DNA of 63,086 nucleotides, the filler included, from Chiloscyllium plagiosum (lineage: Eukaryota): assembly GCF_004010195.1 (NCBI RefSeq). It is 4 parts of one record of this genome, joined end to end, with 100 filler letters (N's around TTAATTAATTAA, not from the genome) between each part and the next. Parts side by side here need not be neighbours in the genome. Positions count along the whole stretch, not along the records: positions 1 to 21,671 come from NC_057712.1; positions 21,772 to 48,794 come from NC_057712.1; 2 more parts are not named here. One strand, given 5' to 3'. Under the pieces are notes generated by a model. It did not search any database, was not told the origin of the DNA, and worked only from the letters and a program-made list of their open reading frames with translations. Shown here piece by piece: positions 12,511 to 23,795 of this stretch. How positions within the stretch are numbered: position 1 is the stretch's first letter; every line of letters starts with the position of its first letter. Position numbers and translations under genes: made by a program.

Positions 12511-12879
12511 GAATTCAAGAATTCACAGACTGATTGGATAATTCTCGATTGTCAGACTGAAAACCTTCAGGGAATTTTCTTTATTAATAAACTAAAATGT
12601 TCAAAGAAATTGAGAACACTTGTTTAAAACTGATTATGATTTTCTCCTGAGTTGGGTCTACTGTTGTGAGGGGAGAGAATGGGGTAATTAGTGGAGATTT
12701 CAGGCTTATCCTGGAAATGTGGGATTCCATTCAGCTTTAACACAGCCTGGGGTACTATGGGCTGAACGAAACTTCCAAGGTCAGGACCGAGGTGGTCAGA
12801 GCAAGTGAGCTACTGTGAGGTTAATTTTTGGTACTTGGTCTGAAATAGTATTTGGTTGCAATGTGAGCACTGTACAGCA

Positions 12880-13500
12880 GATGCCGCCGGTTCCCTTTCC
12901 CAGATTTGTCTATCTTCCTCGGTTACTCTGTCCCTTTCCCTAAGCCGGAAGTTTAACCGGAACAACCCAGAATTTGGTGCTAAAAGGCGGCCCGGGGTAG
13001 TGGTCAGTCGAGATAGCATAGAGAGTCTTCGAATTATAGATCGTCAAGATTACACTGAACAACAACTTACCTTGTTCTGTTTCACTGGGCGTGTATGTTC
13101 CTGCTTGGCTAGAAACTAACCGAATGTGTGTAGAATTTTTATTTATTAATTATAATTCCAAAGAGGCAGGTCGAAGCCGCTGAAATAAGTGGCAGCCCAG
13201 GGTGGATGGGTGGTTTTGTATGGGTGTGCACGGCTGTCTCTGGGCATTGTCCTCTCGTTAATGGGAAACTCACATTTCTGGAGTGCTAGGGAGCCCGGCT
13301 CGGTGGGCGAGTGTGATTCGACCTGGCTATGCCATTCGGAACCGGAGCAGTATCCAGCAGAGGACCAGGAGACGTCAGCCTCTGACGGAGAGAGAAAGAC
13401 AGACAAGAGCAGAAGAGGATGGATGGGATCAGTGGTGCTGGAAGAGCACAGCAATTCAGGCAGCATCCGAGGACAGAGCAGAAGAGCCAGGAGCAGGTAA
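12880..13500. promoter_or_regulatory. Candidate CpG-rich promoter/first-exon region
   Basis: Unique sequence with local CpG excess; ETS-type CCGGAAGT (12945) and CCGGAA (12957); minus-strand donor AAG|GTAAGT at 13070 and plus-strand donor CAG|GTAA at 13497. Confidence 0.4.
13418..13474 (-). mobile_element. Very short tail-less PLE pLTR insertion
   Basis: GGATCAGTGGTGCTGGAAGAGCACAGCAATTCAGGCAGCATCCGA is the reverse complement of about 410-455; flanked by direct repeat AGAGCAGAAGAG. Confidence 0.8.
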
Positions 13501-14119
13501 AACGGCGAGAGGGCAAATGTGGAGTTGAGAGGGTGGGGGCACTTGCAGGGCAAGGAAAGACAGGTGTAGAGCGATGGGCACGGCTACCTGTCACACTGAT
13601 GTTCTCCGTCCTGAAATCAGAATTGTGCTAAGGAACAGGAAAACACGCAGACGGCCATTCGGCCTTTCCAGCCTAGTCCAGTATGCTTCACACAAAATCT
13701 GACCACTTGAGATGTAAAATTATTTTGTAGAACGGGCTGCCCAGGGCGAAAAATCTGTTGCTATCATGCGGAGGTGTTTCTGAGTGAGAAGCCAAACCAC
13801 TTTTTAGGCTCCAGTGAGTTTAAAGTATTCTCGTTTAGGTAATCTGTTAGAATTTAACAATTTGGGGACAATATTCTGGTGCAACTGTACCAAATTCCTT
13901 TCAAAGCTTGTAAACCCATTCTAAAGTACAGCACTCAGAACTATATACCTGACATTATATATATAATTGTAAGAAAACAATTTATATACCATAGGGTCAT
14001 AAATACCAGCCCTGTAGTGAGCAAAAGAAATGATTCATTGGCATTTCTGATTGTCTTTCAAAGTGGATGTCCACATTTTAATGGTCAGTGGGCATAGACC
14101 AATCTCTTTTGTTCCTCTC

Positions 14120-16705
14120 TGAATTGAATTGAATTGAGTTGAATTTATTGTCATGTGTACCGAGGCACAGTGGAAAGCTTTGTCTTGCGAGCAATACAGG
14201 CAGATCACTTAGTTAAGGAGCATAGATAGTAAATAATAGGTAAACAGCAGCAAAAACAAAAACACAGGTACAGGCAAATGTTAAGAGTTTGTGAGACCAT
14301 TCAGTATTCTAATAACAGTACGGTAGAAGATGTTACAAAACTGGCTGGTGCGTGTGTTCAGGCTTCTGTAACTTCTCCCCAATGGTAGAGGTTGTAGAAA
14401 AACATTTCCAGGGTGGCATGGATCTTTAAGAATGCTGGCGGCTTCCCTTGACAGCGTGCTTGGTAGATAGAGTCTGTAGATGGGAGGTTGGCCTTTATGA
14501 TTGTCTGGGCTGAGTTCACCACTCTCTGTAACCGTCTCCGATCTTGAATAGTACAGTTGCCATACGAGGTAGTGATATATCCAGACAGAATGCCCTTGAT
14601 TGCGCACTAATAAAAGTTAGCAAGGGTATTCACCGTCATGCCAAATTTCCTCAGCTGCTTGAGGAAAAAGGGGTGTTGTTGGGCCTTTGTAACCAGTGTA
14701 ACAAGAAAGCTTGTTGTGGATGACCACTCCAGGAGCTTGGTACTCTCCACTCGTTCCACCTCTGTGCTGTTAATGTGTAGGGGGGGTATGAGTAACATCC
14801 TGCCGAAAGTCACTAATGAGTTCCTTGGTTTTGCTGGCATTGAGAGGTAGGTTGTTCTCAATGCACCATTTTTCCAGGTCTTCCACCTCCCGTCTGTAGT
14901 CTGTTTCATCACCATCTGACATTCGACCGACTATGGTGGTGTCATCAGCGAACTTGTAAATGGCATTGGTCTGGTATTTGGCGACACAGTCATGGGTATA
15001 CAATGAGTACAGTAGGGGCTGAGTATGCACCCTTGGGGGCCTCCAGTGTTGAGTGTTAGTGGCGATGAAATATTGTGGCCTGTGGGTCAGGAAACAGGAT
15101 CCAGTTGCAGACAGTGGGGCTTAGTCCGAGATCACTAAGTTTAGTAATCAGTCTCGAGGGGATAATAGTGTTGAAGGCTGAACTGTAGTCAGTGAGTAGA
15201 ATTCTTAGATAGATTTTAGATGATTTTAGATTACTTACAGTGTGGAAACAGGCCCTTCGGCCCAACAAGTCCACACCGCCCCGCCGAAGTGCAACCCACC
15301 CATACCCCTACATTTACCCCTTTAACCTAACACTACGGGCAATTTAGCATGGCCAATTCACCTGACCCGCACATCTTTGGACTGTGGGAGGAAACCAGAG
15401 CACCCGGAGGAAACCCACGCAGACACGGGGAGAATGTGCAAACTCCACACAGTCAGTTGCCTGAGTCGGGAATTGAACCCGGGTCTCTGGCGCTGTGAGG
15501 CAGCAGTGCTAACCACTGTGCCACCGTGCCGCCCAGATAGCTGTTCTTGGTGTCAAGATGTTCTAGGAAGGAGTGAAGCGCAAGTGGTATGGCATCTGAC
15601 ATGGATCTATTGGTCCGATGGGCAAATTGGAGTGGGTTAAGAGTCGTGGGGAGGCTGGAGTTGATTAATGCCATGACCAGCCTTTCAAAGCACTTCATGA
15701 CCACTGAAGTTAGGGCCACTGGGCAGTAGTCATTGAGACATGCTGCATGAGCCTTCTTAGGCACAGGGATGATGTTGGCCTTCTTGAAACAGGCAGGGAG
15801 AGTGGCCTGCTGCAGGGAGAGGTTGAAGATGTCCGAGAAGACCTCTGCCAGTTGATCTGTGCATGTTCTGAATGCACGGCCTGGTACTCCATCTGGTCCC
15901 ATCGCTTTCCTTGGATTCACACAATGGAAAACTGACCTGACCTCTGATGCAGTGATAGGTTCGTCAGAACTTGTCAGAGTACGTGTTACCTCTCCACCGA
16001 AATTCTGCTCAAAGCAAGCATAAAAGGCATTGAGACGATCTGGAAGAGATATGTCATTGTCTGCTATCTTGCACTATCTCTTTTTAGAACCTTATGTCAT
16101 TCAATCCTTGCCATAGTTGCCGGGTATCTGTCTGGGTCCCTAGTTTGGATCGGTATTGGTCCTTAGCTGTCTTAATGGCTCTGCAAAGGTCATACTTGGA
16201 TTCCTTATATTTGAGTGGGTCTCCTGATCTGAAGGCCTCACGCCTGGTTTTTAGCAGATTCTGTATGTCCTGATTCATCCAGAGTGTCCTGTTGGGGAAC
16301 ACCTGGATTGACTTCCTCGGTATGCAGTTCTCCTCATACTTGCTGATAAAGTCTGTGATGGTGGTGGTGTACTCGTCCAAGATACCTGCAGACTGTTTGA
16401 ACATGACCCAATCAGCCGATTCCAGACAGCACCGGAGTTGATCCACTGCCTCCTCTGACCAGCATTGGACCTGTATCCGCGAGGGGGGTCTCGTACTTGG
16501 CTTTTGCCTGTAAACCGGGAGAAGTACAGCATTGTGGTTGGAGTTCCCGAAATGAGGACGGGGGATGGAGCGGTAGGCATCTCTCACAGTGGTGTAGCAG
16601 TGGTCTAAAATGTTCAGGCCTTTGGTGGAGCAGGTAATGTTCTGGTGGTACTTGGGCAACACTTCCTTAGATTGGCTTGATTGAAGTCACAAGTCACATT
16701 TAGCA
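14120..16705 (-). mobile_element. Rex1/Babar LINE, degenerate endonuclease and RT
   Basis: LPKYHQNITCSTKGLNILDHCYT, NPRKAMGPDGVPGR, CLNDYCPVALTSVVMKCFERLV, IYKFADDTTIVG; (AATTC)n 3' tail at about 14120-14145. Confidence 0.93.
15213..15534 (-). mobile_element. Young HE1-like V-SINE inserted into the Rex1 RT
   Basis: Full head GGGCGGCACGGTGGCACAGTGGTTAGC, V core and tail; TSD AGATAG (15207-15212, 15535-15540). Confidence 0.95.
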
Positions 16706-16892
16706 GGGCCTCAGAGCTCTGCCTAGAGCTTTTTACTGTTTGAAAAGAAAAGAAACATCGGACTTTTAAAAGTCCCGTATATTTCTGTAATTTTACACTG
16801 CACTACATAGTATGCAATTAATCTTTGATCGGTCAAGTTGGATAGATCCAACTGCAGGTGGATCATGTGTTATCTAGCTTGAAAAAATGGTG

Positions 16893-17100
16893 TACGTTAG
16901 TTCAGTTGGCTGGATGGCTAGTTTGTGGAGTAGAGTGATGCTGGCAGCAAGTGTTAATTCTTGCACTGGCTGAGGTACCATGAAAGGAGCATTGCCCCTT
17001 TGCGTGAGGTGTGGTGACCCTCAGATAAACCTTCCACCAGTTTTGTGTTTCTCTGTGAGAGCAGCCAAATGGTCGTCTTGACTGGCAACTTTACCCTTAT
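16893..17100 (+). mobile_element. Degenerate tRNA-derived SINE-like repeat
   Basis: A-box-like TTAGTTCAGTTGG and B-box-like GTTAATTC, then TGAGGTGTGGTGACCCTCAG. Confidence 0.4.
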
Positions 17101-17254
17101 TTTAGTTATTCCCAAAATGTTCAATTATGTTGATTTTCAGGACTGGCATCAGGTGGATAGAGCTTGTAAGAAGGCCTATTGCAATCTATATGCTGTAGGT
17201 AGACCCATAATGCCTTAGGGAGAGAATTTTGGGAGTTTGACCGAGCGACGTTGT

Positions 17255-17350
17255 AGCATAGAAACGTAGAAAATAGGAGTGGGAGTAGGCCATTCAGGCC
17301 TTTGAGTCTTCTCCACTATTCAATATGATCATGGCTGAGCATTCAACTCG
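17255..17350 (-). mobile_element. CR1 3' terminal fragment
   Basis: CATAGAAACGTAGAAAATAGGAGTGGGAGTAGGCCATTCAGGCC is the reverse complement of a CR1 tail and stem-loop. Confidence 0.7.
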
Positions 17351-17359
17351 GTGGGAGAT

Positions 17360-17635
17360 GGACAGGTGACAGTCTAGTGATATTATCGTTAGACTGTTCA
17401 TCTAGAGACCAGGTAATGTTCTAGGGACCTAAGTTTGAATTCTGCCATGGTAGATAGTGGAATTTGAATTCAAGAAAAAGAAATCCTGGAATTAAGAGTC
17501 TGTGATGACCATGAAACCATTGCCAATTGTTGGAAAAACCCATTTGGTACACTAATGTCCTTCACGGAAGGAAATCTCGGTCTGGTCATGTTACTCCAGA
17601 ACCACAGAAATGTGGCTGACTCTTAACTGCCCTCT
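17360..17635 (+). mobile_element. SINE-like repeat sharing sequence with the upstream part of the 10-12.5 kb LINE
   Basis: B-box-like GTTTGAATTC; GGAAATCT...CTCCAGAACCACAGAAATGTGGCTGACTCT resembles the reverse complement of 12365-12437. Confidence 0.55.
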
Positions 17636-18135
17636 NNNNNNNNNNNNNNNNNNNNNNNNNNNNNNNNNNNNNNNNNNNNNNNNNNNNNNNNNNNNNNNNN
17701 NNNNNNNNNNNNNNNNNNNNNNNNNNNNNNNNNNNNNNNNNNNNNNNNNNNNNNNNNNNNNNNNNNNNNNNNNNNNNNNNNNNNNNNNNNNNNNNNNNNN
17801 NNNNNNNNNNNNNNNNNNNNNNNNNNNNNNNNNNNNNNNNNNNNNNNNNNNNNNNNNNNNNNNNNNNNNNNNNNNNNNNNNNNNNNNNNNNNNNNNNNNN
17901 NNNNNNNNNNNNNNNNNNNNNNNNNNNNNNNNNNNNNNNNNNNNNNNNNNNNNNNNNNNNNNNNNNNNNNNNNNNNNNNNNNNNNNNNNNNNNNNNNNNN
18001 NNNNNNNNNNNNNNNNNNNNNNNNNNNNNNNNNNNNNNNNNNNNNNNNNNNNNNNNNNNNNNNNNNNNNNNNNNNNNNNNNNNNNNNNNNNNNNNNNNNN
18101 NNNNNNNNNNNNNNNNNNNNNNNNNNNNNNNNNNN

Positions 18136-19655
18136 TAGGAATGAGGAAGACTCGAACTAAGAAACAGAAGCATTTCTATTGGCCTGGATTACATAAAGAT
18201 ATGGTTTTATTTTTTGCCATACCTCTCGTACGTGTCAAATGGTAGGAAAGCCACAGGCAGTGATCAAATCAGCGTCTTCAATGCTGAATCCCCAATTTGA
18301 AGAACCATTTACATGGGTTATGAATGATTGTATGGGTCCCTTCCCTTAAACCAAAAGTGGGAATCAATATTTACTAACCAGAATGGATGTGGCTTTCAGG
18401 TTTCTGGTGGCAATTCCATTATGGAATGTTAAGGCAAAAAAAGTTGTGGAGAAGTTGCTTGCTTTCTTTACCCATTATTGATTACCCAGGGAGGTTCAGT
18501 CAGACCAAGGATCCAGTTTTACTGCCAAATTATTTAGGAGGACGTGGATAGTTTAGGCGTTAAACACTTGACATTAAGGGCTTAACATCCTGAATCCCAG
18601 GGAGCATTGGAAAGGTGCTCATTAAGGATCATGTTGATGGCTTATTGCCAGGATTACTGAAATGATTGAGATAAGGGTATCCATTTATATTATTTGATAT
18701 TAGAGATGCTCCAAATGAATCGACCCAGTTTATGCCATTTGAATTGATATTCAGACACAAAATCAAGGAAAAGTTGATAATTCCGAAATCTAAGATCTCA
18801 CAGTTAGATTATGTATCTGAGGCAAGAGACAGGTTAAAAAGCACCTAATGAAGCAAGAAGCAGATAAGAACTCTAAAATTCATAGTTGTCCATGGGGATA
18901 AAGTATTGATGTTGTTATCAGTGGTAGGAGATCCCTTCAAATCAAGATAAAGAGGAAGTTAAGTTGGGTGTATTAATTGATAAAGATGCCAGATAGGAAA
19001 AAAAAATTATCAGGTGTGTCATGTGAACATGTTGAAACAGTATTGTTACTGAGAAAGGAAGCCAGCAAAAACAGGTATTAGTTACTGCCACTCAGAGTGA
19101 GGAATCAAATACAGAAGATATAGATTTTGATGTGCCTCAGAATAAATTGACGAATGAAGAAGTCCTCAAGGAATTTGATAGTGTAGTGAGCTATCTGCCT
19201 CAGGAGCAGAGAACTGAATTGAAAGACTTATTGCAGCACTATGAGGACACATATGGAAATAGAATGGGAAGGACTAATACCATACTTCATGAGGTTGACG
19301 TAGAGAATGCTATTCCAAAAAAACAACACCCCTACAGGTTTAATCCTCTCAAAGCAGCACAGATACAGAAGGAAATGGAAGAAAACATCACCAAAGCGAG
19401 TGGAGTTCGTTGGTCGTGTTGGTTTCTAAACCTGAAGGTAATCCATGATTCTGCGTAGACTTTAGAAGATCAATGCTGTGACTAAATCAGACTCTTGGCC
19501 AAGTCCAAAGCTGAAGGACTTTAGGAAAAAGTTGGACAAGCCACTTACATCACAAAGTTGGTCTTACTTTGTAGTTACTGGCAAGTACCTTTGTTGGAAA
19601 GAGCAAAAGAGGTTTCTGCTCTTGTAACCCCAAAGGGTTATAGCAATTTAAAGTA
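18136..19655 (+). mobile_element. Gmr1-type Ty3/Gypsy LTR retrotransposon pol remnant (integrase then RT)
   Basis: KHFYWPGLHKD, TKSGNQYLL, PREVQSDQGSSF, CHVNMLKQY, then RT region KQHPYRFNP, FCVDFR, YWQVPL. Confidence 0.88.
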
Positions 19656-19929
19656 AAAGTACTGCTTTGCCTGCTAACAGCATAGTCTTTTGATACAAAT
19701 GTTTTAATTCAAGCACCTGCAAGTAGCAAGCTGCTGCCCACAGACACGCATTTTCAAATCGCTAAGCACATAAAAAATCTTTTAGAGACCATGCCATTCT
19801 TCCACCCCCATCAGTTTATAAACATCAAATTCTAACATTGTCGTTCAAACCACAAATACTCTACCCAACTTCGCAATACCTCCCCCCTTAAAAAAAATTT
19901 AATCATCATGATTAAAAGATGGCTTCATA

Positions 19930-20490
19930 CACCAGTCACTGAAAGTAAGGTGGCAGGTGCAGCATGCGTACTGCATGTTTCACTTCATAATGAGAGGATG
20001 TCTTGCTGCAATTGTACAGGGGCCTTGGGTGAGATCATACTTGAAGTATTGTGTGCAGCTTTGGTCTCCTTATCCAAGGAAGGACGTTCTTGTTATAGAC
20101 AGGGTGCAGCAAAGGTTTAACAGACTAATTCCTTGCATGGCACGACCAACTTATGAGGGGATACTGGATCAGTTAGGGCTGTATTCACTAGGATTTACAA
20201 AAATGAGGGGGAAACTCAGAATTCTATAAAATTTGAAAAGGACCTGATAGGGTAAATGCAGACAGAATGAGGTCCAGATCTGGGTGTCACAGTCTAAGGA
20301 TATAGGGTAGGCCCATTTAAGACTGAGATGAGTAGAAATTTCTTCACCCAGAGAGTAGTGAGCCTACTGTAAACTCTGCTACTGTAAAAAGTTGAGGACA
20401 AAACATTGAATGTTTCCAAGAAAGAGTTAGATATAACTCTTGGGGCTAAAGAGATCAAAGGAACTGCAGGATCAAAGGGAGACAGCGGGA
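19930..20490 (+). mobile_element. Old CR1 3' fragment
   Basis: VRSYLKYCVQLWSPYPRKDVLVIDRVQQRFNRLIP. Confidence 0.85.
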
Positions 20491-20493
20491 ATT

Positions 20494-20620
20494 ATAGAAC
20501 ATAGAACATAGAACATAGAACATAGAAGAATACAGCGCAAAGAACCCCAGTTATCCAAAAACTGGAACCCCTCCCTCCTGCACCATCCCTGAAGCCACGC
20601 ATTTAATTGTTCTCTCTAAT
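20494..20620 (-). repeat. (CATAGAA)n CR1 tail fused to a short CR1 ORF1 esterase piece
   Basis: About 4.5 CATAGAA units; the following sequence matches 49038-49100 (LNAWLQGWCRREG). Confidence 0.75.
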
Positions 20621-20714
20621 TGATACTAATTTGGATGTTCAGTTATGAATATATTGAATAGCAGAGCAGGCTCAAAGGACAAATGCCGTATTCCTGTTCC
20701 TATTTCTAGTTTCT

Positions 20715-21270
20715 TTGTCCAAATGCAGCACAACCTGGATACTATCAAATATAAAGGAATATTCTTGCCACAGAAGCATAATGCAATGATCATCTTCAGT
20801 AAGAGAGAATTTAACCATCTTCCATTCAGTATCACCATCACTGAAACCCCCATTATCAACATTCTGGGGATTACCATTCACCGGAAACTGCACTTGACTA
20901 GCCATACAAATATGGTTGCTACAAAAGCAGGTCAGAGGCGAGGAATTCTGCAGTCAGTAACCTAACTCCTGACTCCCAAAAGCTGTCCAAGTCACAAGTC
21001 AGGACTGTGATGGAATGTTTCTAACTTCCAAACCCATGACCCCTATCATCTAGAAGGACAAGGGAAGCAGTTACACAGGAGATTCACCACCTAGAGGTTC
21101 CTTCCAACCCACTCACCATTCTGGCTTGGAAATCTATTACCATTCCTTCAGTACTGCTGGGTCAAAATTAGGGAACTCTCTATAGGTATTGTTGGTACTA
21201 GCATTGGCAGTTCATCACCATCTTCACAAGGACAATTCAGGCGGACAAGAATGCTGATCCAGCCAACAAT
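20715..21270 (+). mobile_element. CR1/L2-group LINE 3' fragment
   Basis: ITETPIINILGITIHRKL...ATKAGQRRGIL; same lineage as 10100-12510. Confidence 0.75.
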
Positions 21271-21354
21271 TACCCTATGAATCAACATGCAACCATATCC
21301 TTGCTCACGAAAGGGACTAATAAACCATTGAAAACTGATAGAAGATAAACCATG

Positions 21355-21671
21355 ATCTTGGTACCTGGGAGTTCGATGTTGTGGCCATTTCGGAGATATG
21401 GTTAGAGCAGGGACAGGAATGGTTGTTGCAGGTTCCAGGATTTAGATGTTTCAGTAAGAACAGAGAAGATGGTAAAAGAGGGGGCGGTGTGGCATTGTTG
21501 GTCAAGGACCAACTTGCAGCGTGGGTTGGTGAACTTGCAGCGTGGGTTGGTACCTGGGACTTCGATGTTGTGGCTATTACGGAGACGTGGCTAGAACAGG
21601 GACAGGATTGGCTGTTGCAGGTTCCAGGATTTAAATGTTTTAGTAGGGTCAGAGGTGGGGGTAAAAGAGGG
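21355..21671 (+). mobile_element. Two tandem CR1 endonuclease N-terminal fragments
   Basis: TW(E/D)FDVVAI(S/T)E.WLEQGQ.WLLQVPGF occurs twice; GAACTTGCAGCGTGGGTTGGT is near-duplicated at the junction. Confidence 0.85.
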
Positions 21672-21771
21672 NNNNNNNNNNNNNNNNNNNNNNNNNNNNN
21701 NNNNNNNNNNNNNNNTTAATTAATTAANNNNNNNNNNNNNNNNNNNNNNNNNNNNNNNNNNNNNNNNNNNN
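21672..21771. other. Artificial scaffold linker
   Basis: 44 N + TTAATTAATTAA (stops in all six frames) + 44 N. Confidence 0.97.
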
Positions 21772-22150
21772 TTTCCACACATGTACGAGCCAGACACACC
21801 AGAGTCGTTGACCTCCCACATCAAGCACGTAGCGCACTGAACCAGCTGGGCCTCTTCACCCTCTTCAACTGTGGTGTAATCACTTCACTCAACCTCCTTG
21901 TCAAAGAGTCCTGAGCTGAAGCCTCACTTTTCGATCTAAACTTCCTTAGACCCTCTTTTTGTGGCACGTCTGTGGACTCTTAATTAAGGTTAGAGGAGGA
22001 GGGAGGGAGGGAGACCCTTTGTAGGACCTGGGGTTTAGAACACACCCACTCTAAAAGTAATCACTTACCTTCCCGACCGGCTTTGCACTCCGTCTGAACT
22101 TCCGCCCAGCTCCCGCCGCTCTCTGTTGCGAAAAGACCGTTGGCGTCGAG
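21772..22150 (-). mobile_element. CR1 5' UTR and ORF1 N-terminal zinc finger
   Basis: Minus strand AQLVQCATCLMWEVNDSGVSGSYMCGK; CpG-rich UTR; GACCGTTGGCGTCGA shared with the CR1 5' UTR at 49463. Confidence 0.75.
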
Positions 22151-23795
22151 GTAATAATGCTCAGGCGATCAATCTGAAGTAAATGATGCCAAGCTTTCCA
22201 GTGCCATGGTGATGGCTTTGAAGCAATTGCTGCTCACGTGTTTGATGCCATGGAGATCAGTGCAAAGCAATTAGTGTTAAGGTGATCAGTGCCTTAGCTA
22301 TCAGTATGAAACAATTTTTTCCATGGAGATCATTGCCAGGGTGATCAGTGTGGAGCTATCAGTGCTGGCATGATGGATGCCACTGGAGATCACTATGAAT
22401 TGCTTCACATTGAACACTGAAACACTGATCATTATGACAACAATTACTTCACACTTGTTCACAATGACACAGAAAACATTGGCACGCATTGCTCCACACT
22501 GATCACCGAAGCACTGAAGCCTTAGTACCAATTACTTAAACTGATCCCCCATCACATCGATCAGCTTGGCACCCATTGCATCACACTGATCACCATGTTG
22601 TTAATTGCTGCATGCTAAGCACTATGGCACTGAAGGTTTTGATACCATTGGTTGACATTGGGTATCAAGCACTGATCATGTTGGCACTAAATGCTTCACA
22701 GTAATCATTATAGAACTATGGCGTAAATAGCTTCACACTGATCATCAGGGCTTCATACTAATCAGCAATGCACCATTTATGACAAATCGATCACTGTGTA
22801 ACAATTGCTTAAAATTGATCATTATACTGAAAAGCATGGCACCAATTGTTTGACATTTTTCACCTTGGCACCAAATGCTTCACACTGATTTTTGTGGCAC
22901 TGATTACCATGGCAACTGTTTCACAGTGTTGCCAAAGCACCATTGCCTTCACGCTGATCATCAAGGCACTGATCACTATGACACTGAAAATGGTCGCACC
23001 AATCTTTTCACACTGATTACCATGTCAGCAACTGCTTCACATAGATCACCTGGATACTAGTTGTATCACAATTATTACGTAAGCACGATCAGTTTGACAC
23101 CAATTGGTTCACATTGAATGCTATAGAAATCAATCAGCTAAGCAGCAATTGCTTCACACCATCACTATGGCACTGAAATTCTTGTCAGCAATTGCTTCAT
23201 ATTGATCACCTGGGTATCAATTGCTTACAAAGATTGCCAAGGCACTGATCACTTTGGCACCGGTTGTTTAATACTAATCCCTATGGCATCAATCAGTAGC
23301 CATTGCTTTACACAGATCACCAAGGCACTGAAAACCTTGGCACCAATTGTTTCACACTGTTTTCTATGGCATCCATCACCTGAGCAGCAATTCCTTCACA
23401 CTTATCACCATGGAAATAATCACCATGACATTGAATAACTTGGCGCGATTGCTTCACACTGATCCCAATGGCAATGAAATTCTTGGTACCAATTTCTTCA
23501 CACTGATCACCAAGGCACTGATCACTGTTGCACTGATCAACATGCCACCAATTATATCGCACTGATCATCACAGAACCAATTGTTTTACACTGAACAATA
23601 TGGCATCAATTGCTTCACATTGAATACTAACACTGATCATTATGACAACAATTACTTCACACTGATTACAGTGGCACTGAAAATTTTGGTCCCAAATGCA
23701 TGACATTTGTCATCAATCATTGATCACATTGGCAATAAATGCTTCACAGTGATCATTGTGGAACTGATTACCAAGGCAAAATAACATCACACTGA

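Noticed and set aside
12810..13019. Minus-strand ORF with the charged stretch LRERDRVTEEDRQIWERE
   Set aside because: No recognised homology; explained by purine-rich promoter-like sequence.
15460..15534. tRNA genes (also about 2310-2378, 36613-36680 and 46880-46943)
   Set aside because: These are tRNA-derived SINE heads that continue into a V core and LINE-like tail.
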